A stretch of DNA of 64,000 nt from Longimicrobiales bacterium (GCA_965203485.1 OZ241892.1:352001-416000); one strand, 5' to 3'. Numbered from the stretch's first letter, positions 47,041 to 57,018 are shown. Notes: generated by a model from the letters alone, not told the origin. Numbers and translations: made by a program.

Positions 47041-48224
47041 GCATTCCGCGCACGAGAATGGTTGGTCGGGCTGGCCGTCGGCGACAGTGGATTGCATGCG
47101 GGCTCGTCGGCTTGGGGGCATGCCGACCAGACTCTCCGAGAGGGTCCTTTATAGAGGGTACGTGCACGATTGCGGAGATCACGCAGTCACAGGGCCAGCT
47201 TCGCTTTGAACTGGCGGTGCAACTGGGTGGCGAGGGCACCGAACAAGGTCTGCTGATGCCGGTGCCCGGGACGACGCGTCCGTTGCAAGACTCCCTAGGA
47301 AGGTACTGGATGGGCCAAGGCACCCTGGGCGAGGTGCTGGTCTTCGAGCCGGACGGAACCTTTGCGGCGACCGTCGGCAAGAAGGGCCAGGGCCCGCTGG
47401 AGTTTCTCGATCCCGTTCCGTTTCACGTCGATCCAACGGGGCTGGTTTATGTCTTCGACTGGGAAAACGGCAGGGTCTCGGCGATCGGAGAGGACCTGTC
47501 GTTGCGCGCCGAGATGACTGTACCAGCGGCAGCCCACCAGATGGTCGGGTTGCCCGGGCGAATGCGATTTGCGGCCACGGCATGGGTTCCGAGCAGCAGG
47601 GAGGCCGGATTCCCGATTCACATTCTGGAAGACGGCCAGATCGTGTCGTCCGTGGGAGCTGTGCCCAGCGACCTCGCTGCCGACGTGCTGGAGGATTACG
47701 ACGTGCGGAACACGTTCCTGTCAACAGACCGTGACGGCAATATATTTTCCGTCGGCCGGCACAGGTACCGCGTCGAGGCATGGAGCCACGACGGATCGAG
47801 AATTGGACGAATAACAGGACCGTCTCTCGGAAACGAATGGCGCCGGAGCGTGCCGCTGAGCGACGATAACCCTCCACCGAACATCATGACGGACATTAGT
47901 GTTGACGACGATGGAAGGATATGGCTTCTCATGGCCGAACGACGACCGAATTGGATGGGAGGGATGGAAGAAAGGATTTCGGCCAGCGGCGATGTGTCGC
48001 TCATGCCGAAGGATGGCCTCGTCAGTGGCGTGTACCGCTTTCGCCTAGACGTCATCGATGTCGACGCGTGCACGCCGTTGGCGTCACAGTGGCTGGACTT
48101 CCCGGAAACTCATGGAGTCGGCGCCTTCATGGCGGACGGAAACCGCACTTCCATTGTCGACCTGACGATCGGAGAAATCGGCGATCCGTTCGTGCGGGTG
48201 TGGAATGTCGACTTGGTGCGCTGA
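47037..48224 (+). CDS. 6-bladed beta-propeller (NHL-like) lipoprotein, copy 2
   Basis: Lipobox LGAC; VGKKGQGPLEF; colinear similarity to copy 1; TTGA overlap (alternative ATG at 47058). Confidence 0.8.
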   Translation: MSIPRTRMVGRAGRRRQWIACGLVGLGACRPDSPRGSFIEGTCTIAEITQSQGQLRFELAVQLGGEGTEQGLLMPVPGTTRPLQDSLGRYWMGQGTLGEVLVFEPDGTFAATVGKKGQGPLEFLDPVPFHVDPTGLVYVFDWENGRVSAIGEDLSLRAEMTVPAAAHQMVGLPGRMRFAATAWVPSSREAGFPIHILEDGQIVSSVGAVPSDLAADVLEDYDVRNTFLSTDRDGNIFSVGRHRYRVEAWSHDGSRIGRITGPSLGNEWRRSVPLSDDNPPPNIMTDISVDDDGRIWLLMAERRPNWMGGMEERISASGDVSLMPKDGLVSGVYRFRLDVIDVDACTPLASQWLDFPETHGVGAFMADGNRTSIVDLTIGEIGDPFVRVWNVDLVR

Positions 48225-48334
48225 GGCGGCTAGGTGACCGCGCGGAGTTCTCCACGAAGGCGCGAAGCGGCCGCTCGTCGCGTCCCGATCGTCGCGCCTA
48301 ACGCGCCCGGCGCCAAGAGCGGCGATCCGTTGGC

Positions 48335-49564
48335 TTACGGCGGCGGCGCGACGCCGTGGCGGCGCAGGACTTCGACGACGGCGTCCACGGGAAGGGCCTC
48401 GCGGGCGCCGAACCGGCTATTGACCGTGGTCGCCGTCAGGATGGAGTTGTAGATGGCTTCTTCGGTGGCCTCGACGGTGGCCTGGAAGAGGCCGGACATC
48501 GCGGGGTTCGCGAGCGCTTCGACGGTGGATACGGGGTTGCCGAGCCGTCGCCGCACCGAGGCGGCCGTCGAGAAGGCGATCACGTAGTCGCCCGATCCGT
48601 TGCTGGCGAACGATCCGGTGCGCGACAAGCCCATTATCGCGCGGCTGGCCAGGCGTTCCAGGTTGCGGGCCGAGAGCGGGGCGTTGGTGGCCACGACGAT
48701 CATGATCGAGCCTTGGGACTCGCCGTCGCGTTCTTCCGCGCGGCCTCCGCGCTCCCGCTCCACTTGCGCCCGGAAGGCGTAGCGTCCCAGCGCCTTGCCC
48801 ACCGGCGCTCCCGCGATCCGGAGGATCCCTCCGAAGTTGGACTGGACGAGCGCTCCCAGCGAATATCCCCCCAACGACGCCGGCAGCCGGCGCGAACTCG
48901 TTCCAATGCCGCCCTTCCATCCGAAGGCGGACGTTCCGGTCCCGGCGCCGACCGAGCCTTCTTCCACGTGGCCTCCCGACGCGCCCTCCAGCGCCTCGCG
49001 CACGTGCTCGGGTCTCACCGGGCGGTTGCGAACGGCGTTGAGGCCGCCGTCGTTCGTCTCCCCCACGACGGGGTTGATCGATCGCACGCGCTCCATGCCT
49101 TCCTGCGCCAGAGCCCACTCCGCCATTGCGTCGGCCGCTCTCCAGACGCAAAGCGTGCAGGTCAGGAGAAGCGGCGTCTCGAGTTCGCCGAGTTCGGCCA
49201 CCTGCGTCACGCCCAGCAGCTTGCCGAAGCCGTTGCCCACGTGAATCGCGGCGGGGACGCGGTCCAAGTAGAGGTTGCCGCCGTGCGGGCGGACGGCGGT
49301 GACGCCTGTGCGAACGCTGTCGCCTTCGACGACGGTGGCGTGGCCGACCAGCACCCCCTCGACGTCGGTGATGGCGTTCAGCGGGCCGGGCTGGAACACG
49401 CCGGGCTGGATGCCCAAGTCTCGTGCGCGGGGGCGGGCGGCGGCCTCTTGCGGCTGCGCGGGGGCGGCGAAGGCAGGGTTGCCGAGGGGGAGCACCGCGG
49501 TGGCCAGCGCGACGGAGGCGGCGTGGCGTCGGGCCGAACGGCCGAAGATGGGTCGCATGGTCAT
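48335..49564 (-). CDS. dmpA: DmpA-like aminopeptidase (peptidase S58/P1)
   Basis: NAITDVEGVLVGH, NGFGK, VGETNDG, EGSVGAGTG, KGGIGTSSR, GS cleavage site QGSIMIVVAT. Confidence 0.9.
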   Translation of the reverse strand: MTMRPIFGRSARRHAASVALATAVLPLGNPAFAAPAQPQEAAARPRARDLGIQPGVFQPGPLNAITDVEGVLVGHATVVEGDSVRTGVTAVRPHGGNLYLDRVPAAIHVGNGFGKLLGVTQVAELGELETPLLLTCTLCVWRAADAMAEWALAQEGMERVRSINPVVGETNDGGLNAVRNRPVRPEHVREALEGASGGHVEEGSVGAGTGTSAFGWKGGIGTSSRRLPASLGGYSLGALVQSNFGGILRIAGAPVGKALGRYAFRAQVERERGGRAEERDGESQGSIMIVVATNAPLSARNLERLASRAIMGLSRTGSFASNGSGDYVIAFSTAASVRRRLGNPVSTVEALANPAMSGLFQATVEATEEAIYNSILTATTVNSRFGAREALPVDAVVEVLRRHGVAPPP

Positions 49565-49583
49565 GGGAATTCGCTCTCAGTTG

Positions 49584-50468
49584 TCAGTCCAGGGCGCCGG
49601 CCACCATCAGGGCCAGCAGCAGCGGGTGGTACAGAAGGGACCCGACGAACACGCGGCGGCAACGCTGGCGGGTGGGCTTGAGCAGGAAGGCGGCGCTGGC
49701 GGCCAGCATCGTGGCGCCCAGGGCCATCGCGCCCGCGAAGTAGGGTCCGCCGGCCATGCCGAGAAAGGCGGGCAAGGCGCTCGCGAGGACCAGCGCCCCC
49801 GCGTAGCCGACGAGGAACACCGCGACGACCCGGGACGACACTGGAGGGATGAGGTGGAAGCCGGCCCGCTCGTAGTCCTCGCGGAGCGTCCATCCCAACG
49901 CCAGAACGTGGATCAGTTGCCAGAAGAAGAGGATGCCGAACAGCGCCATCCCGCGGCCGTCCACCCCGCCTGCGCTGGCCGTCCATCCGATGAGCGCCGG
50001 CAACGCGCCCGGCACCGCTCCTACCGGCGTGGCCACCGGCGACCGGAGCTTGAGCGGCGTGTAGACGGCGTTGTAGAGAACCGCCGCTGCCGCCGCGACC
50101 ACCGCCGGAACCCATCCTGCCCAGAACGCCAAGTGCCCCACGCCGGCGGCCACGAGCACGGCGCCGAAGAGGCGGGCCCGTCCGGGGGCCAGGCGGCCCG
50201 AGGGCACGGGGCGGTCCTGCGTGCGCACCATCAGCGCGTCGGGACGCCGCTCCAAGTACTGGTTCAGCGCCAACGCGCCGCCCGTGCTCAGTCCGGTGCC
50301 CAGGACGACGTGCGCCACGTTCAGCCACTGCATCTCGGCTGCCGCCACGACGTGGGCGGCCGCGGCCGTGGCGGCCACGAACGCGGTGATCCCGGGCTTC
50401 GAGAGTTCCAGGTAGGCGGAAACGCCACCCCCCGGCCTAGCGCGGCGAACGCGCTCCTCAAGGCTCAC
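49584..50468 (-). CDS. cyoE: Protoheme IX farnesyltransferase (heme O synthase)
   Basis: YLELSKP, NQYLERRPDALMVRTQDRP, YTPLK, FFWQLIH, DYERAG; multipass membrane protein. Confidence 0.9.
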   Translation of the reverse strand: MSLEERVRRARPGGGVSAYLELSKPGITAFVAATAAAAHVVAAAEMQWLNVAHVVLGTGLSTGGALALNQYLERRPDALMVRTQDRPVPSGRLAPGRARLFGAVLVAAGVGHLAFWAGWVPAVVAAAAAVLYNAVYTPLKLRSPVATPVGAVPGALPALIGWTASAGGVDGRGMALFGILFFWQLIHVLALGWTLREDYERAGFHLIPPVSSRVVAVFLVGYAGALVLASALPAFLGMAGGPYFAGAMALGATMLAASAAFLLKPTRQRCRRVFVGSLLYHPLLLALMVAGALD

Positions 50469-50642
50469 GAACCCTCCGGCCCCGCGACGGTAGCCGCGCG
50501 CCGGCGCGCGAAGCGAGTTGAGCGCTGGGGCGCCGCCGTGGCCGTCCTTGTCCTCGCGGCGGTCGTCCTGGAGAGACTGCGGATGCGGGTGCGCGAAAGC
50601 CGGAGTTCCCGGCCCGTACCCCGCTTCACGGGGCCGCCGGGT

Positions 50643-51440
50643 TCACAGGAGTCCCTGCAGCAGCCCGCCGTCGATCTGCAACGTGTGTCCCGTAACGTAC
50701 GAAGCGGCTTCGGACGCCAGGAACGCCACCGCCGCCGCCAACTCCTCGGGCCGCCCCAGCCGCCCCATGGGAACGCCGCCGGCCACTTGCTCGCGAACCG
50801 ACTCCCAGTCCGTCCCCTGCTTCTCGGCGCGCGCGTCGAAGAGTTCGCGCAGGCGGTCCGTCTGGATGAAGCCGGGCGCCACCACGTTGCAGAGGATGCC
50901 GTCGTGCGCCACCTCGCGCGAAAGCGTCTTGACGAAGCCGACCACGCCGGGGCGCGCGGTGTTCGACAGGATCAGCCCCTCGACGGGCTGCTTGACCGAC
51001 ACGGACGTGATCGCCACCACGCGGCCCCACCGGTTCTTGCGCATTTCGGGCACGGCCGCGAGCGCGAGCTGGACCGTGGACATGAGGTTGAGCTCCAGCG
51101 CCCGGCGATAGGCGTCCGGCGCGAAGTCGTCCGCTCCGCCGGGCGGTGGGCCTCCGGCGTTGGCGACCAGCACGTCCAGCCGGCCGAAGGTGCGCACTGC
51201 GGTTCCGACCAGCTCGGCGCAGCACTGCTCGCTCGCGACGTCGCCCGGCGCGGGCACGATCCGGCGGCCCGTCTCCTGCGCGATCTCCGCGGCGGCCGCC
51301 TCAAGCGTCTCCGCGCTCCTGGCGTTGACGACCACGTCCGCGCCTTCCTGGGCGAGCCGCTCCGCCACGGCCCTCCCCAATCCGGTAGAAGCGCCGGCGA
51401 CCAGCGCGGCCCTGCCCTCGAGCCCGAGGTTCACGTGCAT
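50643..51440 (-). CDS. SDR family oxidoreductase
   Basis: GASTGLG, ANAGGP, SNTARPG, APGFIQT, IDGG; RBS AAGGAG. Confidence 0.9.
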   Translation of the reverse strand: MHVNLGLEGRAALVAGASTGLGRAVAERLAQEGADVVVNARSAETLEAAAAEIAQETGRRIVPAPGDVASEQCCAELVGTAVRTFGRLDVLVANAGGPPPGGADDFAPDAYRRALELNLMSTVQLALAAVPEMRKNRWGRVVAITSVSVKQPVEGLILSNTARPGVVGFVKTLSREVAHDGILCNVVAPGFIQTDRLRELFDARAEKQGTDWESVREQVAGGVPMGRLGRPEELAAAVAFLASEAASYVTGHTLQIDGGLLQGLL

Positions 51441-51567
51441 TCTCCTTTCACGCGCGTTCTCCTTGCGATGAGCGGCGGGCCGTGCCCCCCCCGCCGGCGA
51501 GCCGCTCCGAAACGCCGGAACCGCCCGTATGGTAATATTGGATGAGACTAGGCAAGGTTGCGACGCC

Positions 51568-52347
51568 ATGGGCACCAACGACACGGCCGGCCAGGGCACG
51601 GGCGCCGGCCGGAGGGACGACAGCGGGCGGACGACGCGAAGCGGGCGAGGCAACCGGGGCGCGGCGGGCATCCGGGGCCGCCCGGGGCCGCCGCGCGCGG
51701 AGAGCGCCCGGGGCCGCCGCCGTGCCGAGATGCGGGTGTGGCGCAACGGGTTGCTGGCCTCCCTCGCGCTTCACCTGCTGTTCCTGCTGAGCGGCGGCCG
51801 CCCTCCAATTCCCGAAATGCCGCTCGCCGCCGCGGGCCCCGACGCGGACGACGACCGAGCCGCGCGGGGGGGCATGCAGGCCGTCAACGTGGCGGTGCCG
51901 CCCGCGCGTCCGCTCGTGCGCCCGCAGATTCCGTTGCCGGTCGATATCGAGATGGACCCCGTCGAGATCGATGCCGAGCCGTCTTTCGACTTGGCCTCGC
52001 TCCTGGGCGACCCGGGCCCGCTGGGCCCTCCCGGCCAGGACGACGGCGAGGGAGAGGGGGACGGGGGCTCCGCCGATGCCGGCCGGATCGAGGTGGCGCC
52101 GCCGGTTCCCCGCATGATGATCATTCCGCCGGCCAACAAGAACCTGCGCGGCGTGCGATTCGAGGTCTGGGTGTTCGTCGACGAAGAGGGCAGCGTCGTC
52201 CCGGACTCCACGCGCATCGATCCGCCGACCAAGGACCGCGGCTTCAACCGCCAGCTCGCGCGCGAGGCCGCCGGATGGATGTTCGCGCCGGGGAGGCGCG
52301 GCGGGCGGCCCGTGGCGGCTTGGTTCTCCTACATGGTGACGATGTGA
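51568..52347 (+). CDS. TonB-like energy-transducer family protein
   Basis: SLALH transmembrane motif, Pro/Gly-rich linker, C-terminal VFVDEEG...WMFAPG..GRPVAAW. Confidence 0.6.
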   Translation: MGTNDTAGQGTGAGRRDDSGRTTRSGRGNRGAAGIRGRPGPPRAESARGRRRAEMRVWRNGLLASLALHLLFLLSGGRPPIPEMPLAAAGPDADDDRAARGGMQAVNVAVPPARPLVRPQIPLPVDIEMDPVEIDAEPSFDLASLLGDPGPLGPPGQDDGEGEGDGGSADAGRIEVAPPVPRMMIIPPANKNLRGVRFEVWVFVDEEGSVVPDSTRIDPPTKDRGFNRQLAREAAGWMFAPGRRGGRPVAAWFSYMVTM

Positions 52348-52360
52348 GGGCGCGGCGGCC

Positions 52361-54004
52361 GTGACCGGGCGGACGGCCAGCTCGCCCGGCTCGAGCGAAC
52401 GCGCCTCCTTGCCCGGGCCGGACAGCCCGGCCGGCGGAGCCCGCGCGCCGAAGCGCATCCTCTGGGTGGACGACGAGATCGACCTCCTGCGCCCTCATCT
52501 TCTCTTCCTGCAGCGGCGCGGCTACCACGTGGACGCCATCCCCAACGGGGACGACGCTCTGGCGCTCCTGCGCGGGCGCGCCTACGACCTGGTCCTGCTG
52601 GACGAGCAGATGCCGGGCCGGCGGGGCCTGGACGTGCTCGAGCTCATCCGCCGCGACGATCCGCACGCGCGCGTCGTCATGATCACCAAGTCCGAAGAGG
52701 ACCGGACGATGACCGAGGCGATCGGGCGCTACGCTGAGGACTACCTCGTCAAGCCGACCAGCCCGCGCCAAGTGCTGTCGGTGGTGACGCGGCTCCTGGA
52801 GGGCTCGTCGATTCGCCAGCAGCACACGGCGCAGGACTTTGCGGCCCGTTGGCCGGGGCTGGCCGGCCGCCGCGAGGAGGCTCCCACGGCCCGGCGCTTC
52901 GAACGGGCCTACCAGGAACTCGTCGACTGGCACCTGCGGTTGGAGGCGGCCGGCGAGTCGGGGCTGCTGGACACCGTCGAGTCGCTTCAGGCGGAGCTGC
53001 GCCACGACTTCGGGCGCTGGGTGGGCAGGGAGTATCCGTTGTGGGCGAGGGGCGAGGGAGACCGTCCCGAACTCTCGGTCGACGTGGTCGAACGGCGGCT
53101 CGTGCCGCTGCTGGGACGCGACCCCGTGTTCTTCGTGGTGCTGGACTGCATGAGGCTCGACCAATGGCGGGCGATCTCCGCGCTGCTCGGCGAGAGCTTC
53201 GAGATCGACGAGGGCGTGCACTGGTCGATCTTGCCGACGGCGACGCCTTACGCGCGAAACGCCCTTTTCTCCGGGCTGTTCCCCGACGAGATCGCGAAGC
53301 TCCGGCCGGGGTGGTGGGACGGCGCGGGCGACGAGCGGTCGATGAACGCCTTCGAAGACGAGCTCCTGCGGACCCAGCTGCGCCGCCTCGCCGGCCGCGA
53401 CGTGCCGGTCCACTACGACAAGGTCTTCACCGACCGCAACGCCGAAGCCGTGCTGGGGCGAGTTCGCTCGGCGGCGTCCACGCCGGCGTCGGTCACGGCC
53501 CTCGTCTTCAACTTCGTCGACCTCATGACGCACGGGCGTTCGGAGTCGCCGATCCTCATGGAGGTGGCGAAGGACCAAGCCGCGCTCCGGCAGCTCACGC
53601 GCTCCTGGTTCGAGCGCTCGACGGCGTTCTCCGTGCTCATGGAGGCCGCCCGCCGCGGGTGCCGAGTGCTTCTCACGACCGATCACGGCTCGATCCACTG
53701 CCGCAGGTCGGCGACGGTGCGCGCGCGCCGCGGCACCACCGCCAACCTGCGCTACAAGTTCGGCGCCGCCCTGCGGGCCGAGAATCCAAGCTCGGCGTTC
53801 GCCACGCGGCGGGCGTCCGACCTGCGTCTCCCGCCGGGCGAACCGGGCACACGCTACCTCGTTGCCCTGGAGGACTTCTACTTCGTGTACCCGACCCGGC
53901 TGCGCGAGTACCGGCGCCGGTACGCCAACTCCTTCCTGCACGGCGGCGCGTCGCCCGAGGAGATGATCGTCCCGCTCGCCACGCTCAAGCCCCGCCCGCG
54001 GTGA
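52361..54004 (+). CDS. porX: PorX-like response regulator (receiver plus PglZ/alkaline-phosphatase domain)
   Basis: ILWVDDEIDLL, LLDEQMPG, MITKSEE, LDCMRLDQW, SILPTATPYARNA, TDHGS, FLHGG.SPEEM. Confidence 0.85.
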   Translation: MTGRTASSPGSSERASLPGPDSPAGGARAPKRILWVDDEIDLLRPHLLFLQRRGYHVDAIPNGDDALALLRGRAYDLVLLDEQMPGRRGLDVLELIRRDDPHARVVMITKSEEDRTMTEAIGRYAEDYLVKPTSPRQVLSVVTRLLEGSSIRQQHTAQDFAARWPGLAGRREEAPTARRFERAYQELVDWHLRLEAAGESGLLDTVESLQAELRHDFGRWVGREYPLWARGEGDRPELSVDVVERRLVPLLGRDPVFFVVLDCMRLDQWRAISALLGESFEIDEGVHWSILPTATPYARNALFSGLFPDEIAKLRPGWWDGAGDERSMNAFEDELLRTQLRRLAGRDVPVHYDKVFTDRNAEAVLGRVRSAASTPASVTALVFNFVDLMTHGRSESPILMEVAKDQAALRQLTRSWFERSTAFSVLMEAARRGCRVLLTTDHGSIHCRRSATVRARRGTTANLRYKFGAALRAENPSSAFATRRASDLRLPPGEPGTRYLVALEDFYFVYPTRLREYRRRYANSFLHGGASPEEMIVPLATLKPRPR

Positions 54005-55944
54005 GCCCCGCGTCCGGCGAGAGCGGCCCGGATCGGCCTGCGACCCGTCCCGCGTCCCGGAAGCCCTCCCCGCCCTCCTCGCGAAGCGGCGCGCTCGCGG
54101 CGGCGGGCTCGGCTCCGGCCGCGCCGCCAGCGGCTCGGTCCCGCTACGGCCGCATCCTCTCGTACCTGCGTCCTCACCTCGGCACGCTCCTGCTGGCCGG
54201 CTTGGCCGGGGCCGCCTACGCCGCGCTGGACGCCTTCTCGTTCGTGGCGCTTCTGCCCTTTCTCGCCACGGTGTTCGGCGGCGAGGCCGGGCTGGGGCTT
54301 CAAGCGGAGCCGCCCCGCATTCGAGCCGCGCTCGAAGGCACGGCGGGACGCCTGGTCGACCTGGACGGCGACCCGCAGGCCGTCGTGGCCGGTGTCATCC
54401 TGTTCGTCCTGCTCCTCGTGCTGTGCAAGAACGTGGTGGACTTCCTGCGGTCGTACTGGACGGCCCGGGTCGAGCAGGGAGTGGCGCGCGACCTGCGCAA
54501 CGAGGTGTACGAGCACGTTCTGAGGCTCGACCTGGCGTTCTTCGGGCGGACGCGGACCGGACAGGTCGTGTCGCGCCTCACCCACGACGTCGAGCAGCTG
54601 CGGGCGCTGATCGCCAAGGAGCTGGTGCAGGCGGTCTCGCACGTGCTGAGCTTGGCGGCGGTTCTGTTCTGGATGACCCAGATTTCGTGGCGGCTGACCG
54701 GCGCCGCCTTCGTGGTCGTGCCCGTGACGATGGTCGTGTGGGGGCCGCTGGTGCGGCGGTTGCGCCTGCGCGACAGCGCCGCGCTCGACTTGGCGGGCGA
54801 CCTGGGCTCGCGCATTCAGGAGACCGTGTCGGGCATCCGCATGGTCAAGACGGCCGCGGCCGAGGGCCACGAGCGCCGCCGGTTCCGGGCCGCGACCGCC
54901 GCGTACTTCGACGCGGTCATCCGAACGGTGAAGCTGAGGGCGCTGGCGGGGCCGATCACCGAGGTGCTCGTGGCCGTGGGGACCTCGGTCCTGCTCTGGT
55001 ACGGAGCCCGCATGGTCGTCGTCGACGGTTCCCTGAGCGGCGAGGCGTTCCTTCTGTTCATCGTGCTGAGCACGCGCCTGTACGCGCCGGTGAAGTATCT
55101 GAGCAAGTTGCCGGCGTTGGCGCAGCCGGGGCTGGCCGGAGCCGAGCGCCTCTTCGAGTTCGTGGACGCGCCTTCCGGCATCGGCGACCGCCGGGGCGCA
55201 AAGCCGTTCGCGGGCGTCGGCGAGGGGATCCGCTACCGGAGCGTCGGGTTGGCCTACCGCGAGGGCGACTCCGTGCTTCGCGACGTGGACTTCTGGGCGC
55301 CCCAGGGCTCGGTGGTGGCGCTCGTGGGCCCGAGCGGGGCCGGCAAGACCAGCATCGTCGATCTGCTCGGCCGCTTCTACGACGCCACGGAAGGCGCGGT
55401 CGAGATCGCCGGCGAGGACGTGCGCAACTACCAGCTGCGCGGCTTGCGGGCCGCGCTCGGAATCGTCTCGCAGGACACGGTGCTCTTCCACGACACGGTG
55501 CGCGCCAACATCGCCTACGGAACGCCGGGGGCGACGTCGCAGCAGGTGGAGCGCGCGGCGCGGGCGGCGCACGCGCACGACTTTGTGTCCGGCCTTCCCG
55601 ACGGATACGACACGCTCGTGGGCGAGCGGGGCACGGCGCTCTCGGGCGGCCAGCGGCAACGCGTCGCGATCGCCCGGGCCGTGCTCCGCGACCCGCCGAT
55701 CCTGGTGTTGGACGAGGCCACCAGCGCCCTGGACGCCGAGTCGGAGCGGCTGGTTCAGGACGCCATCGACCGTCTCTTGGAGGGGCGCACGGTCTTCGTC
55801 ATCGCGCATCGCCTGTCCACGATTCAGCGAGCCGACTTGATCGTGGTCGTGGACCAGGGACGCGTGGTTCAGCGGGGGACGCATGCCGAACTCCTGGCGG
55901 AAGGCGGACTGTACGGCCGCCTGCGCAAGCTGCAGTTCCGGTGA
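54001..55944 (+). CDS. msbA: MsbA-like ABC exporter (permease plus ATPase)
   Basis: TM domain, GPSGAGKT, LSGGQRQR, LDEATSALD, IAHRLST; adjacent to a lipid A acyltransferase. Confidence 0.8.
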   Translation: MSPASGESGPDRPATRPASRKPSPPSSRSGALAAAGSAPAAPPAARSRYGRILSYLRPHLGTLLLAGLAGAAYAALDAFSFVALLPFLATVFGGEAGLGLQAEPPRIRAALEGTAGRLVDLDGDPQAVVAGVILFVLLLVLCKNVVDFLRSYWTARVEQGVARDLRNEVYEHVLRLDLAFFGRTRTGQVVSRLTHDVEQLRALIAKELVQAVSHVLSLAAVLFWMTQISWRLTGAAFVVVPVTMVVWGPLVRRLRLRDSAALDLAGDLGSRIQETVSGIRMVKTAAAEGHERRRFRAATAAYFDAVIRTVKLRALAGPITEVLVAVGTSVLLWYGARMVVVDGSLSGEAFLLFIVLSTRLYAPVKYLSKLPALAQPGLAGAERLFEFVDAPSGIGDRRGAKPFAGVGEGIRYRSVGLAYREGDSVLRDVDFWAPQGSVVALVGPSGAGKTSIVDLLGRFYDATEGAVEIAGEDVRNYQLRGLRAALGIVSQDTVLFHDTVRANIAYGTPGATSQQVERAARAAHAHDFVSGLPDGYDTLVGERGTALSGGQRQRVAIARAVLRDPPILVLDEATSALDAESERLVQDAIDRLLEGRTVFVIAHRLSTIQRADLIVVVDQGRVVQRGTHAELLAEGGLYGRLRKLQFR

Positions 55945-56876
55945 GTCGGCGCGGCGACGGACGGCACCGGCTGGAGTACGCGCTCGTACGGAGCTTCGGC
56001 GCGGGGTGCAACGCCGTGCCCGAGAAGCTGGCCCAGAGCGGCGGGGCGGCGCTCGGACGGCTGGCGGCGCGCTGGGGACGGCCGCGCTGGGGCGTGATGA
56101 TGGAGCAACTCCGCATGGCCTTCCCCGAGGCCGGCGAGGCGTGGTGCCGCGACGTGGCTCGCCGGTGCTACGCGCATTTCGGGGCCGAAGCCATGGCCAT
56201 GCTGCGCTTGTCCCGCTTGGGGCTCGCCGGCGTGCGGGCGCGGACCGAGGTCGTGGGGCGCGATGTGCTGGAGGCGGCCGCGAATCACCCCGCGGGCGCC
56301 GTCCTCGTCACCGGCCACGTCGGCAACTGGGAGATCTGCGGAGCCGCCATCGTGGCCGCGGGCTTGCCCATGGACGTGATCGCCGCGCGCCAGCGAAATC
56401 CGTACTTCGACCGCTACATCACCCGGTGCCGGGCGAACTTGGGGATGGAGGTGATCCCGCGCGAACATGCGCGGCGGCGAGTCGTCCAAGTGCTCAGGAC
56501 GGGGAAGTCCGTGGGCGTGGTCGGCGACCAGGACGCCCGCGACGCCGGCATCTTCGTGGACTTCTTCGGCCGTCCCGCCGCGACCGCCCGAGGCCCCGCC
56601 GTGCTGGCCCGCCGCGCCGGCGCGCTCATGGGCACGGCCTTCGCGACTCGCGTGCCGGGTCCACGCATTCGCTACCGCCTCGAGCTCGAGGCCCTTGATC
56701 CGGGAGCGGGCGCCAACGCCCTCACGCAAGCCTGCGCGTCCCGCCTGGAAGCCAAGGTCCGCGAGCTCCCCGAACAGTACTTTTGGATGCACCGCCGGTG
56801 GAAGACGCCGCCGCCGGGTCTTCATGCTTCCCGCAACGTCGGCGCTTCGGAGCCGCGGTCCTCGTCGTCGGCGTAG
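55941..56876 (+). CDS. lpxL: Lipid A biosynthesis acyltransferase (LpxL/HtrB family)
   Basis: GHVGNWE, GDQD, VDFFGRPA, PEQYFWMHRRWK. Confidence 0.85.
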   Translation: MSRRGDGRHRLEYALVRSFGAGCNAVPEKLAQSGGAALGRLAARWGRPRWGVMMEQLRMAFPEAGEAWCRDVARRCYAHFGAEAMAMLRLSRLGLAGVRARTEVVGRDVLEAAANHPAGAVLVTGHVGNWEICGAAIVAAGLPMDVIAARQRNPYFDRYITRCRANLGMEVIPREHARRRVVQVLRTGKSVGVVGDQDARDAGIFVDFFGRPAATARGPAVLARRAGALMGTAFATRVPGPRIRYRLELEALDPGAGANALTQACASRLEAKVRELPEQYFWMHRRWKTPPPGLHASRNVGASEPRSSSSA

Positions 56877-56950
56877 GCCCCCGAGGGTCCGTCTTGGGCA
56901 GGGCCGCGCTCCATCGCAGGTGGACGGTTCCGCGTCCCCGGGGCTACCCC

Positions 56951-56980
56951 GGAACTTTCGGCGCCGTTCGCGGGTATAAT
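56951..56980 (+). promoter_or_regulatory. Candidate promoter GGAACTT-N16-GTATAAT
   Basis: Recurrent ECF-like motif; also contains TATAAT; upstream of GAGGAGG RBS and ATG 57019. Confidence 0.5.
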
Positions 56981-57018
56981 GGAAGAGGTGCGGGAGTTCG
57001 TCCCGAGGAGGTTCCGCA

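Noticed and set aside
50465..50629. 54-aa minus-strand ORF between the SDR gene and cyoE
   Set aside because: Arg/Ala/Thr-rich with no RBS or motif; it cannot be distinguished from chance
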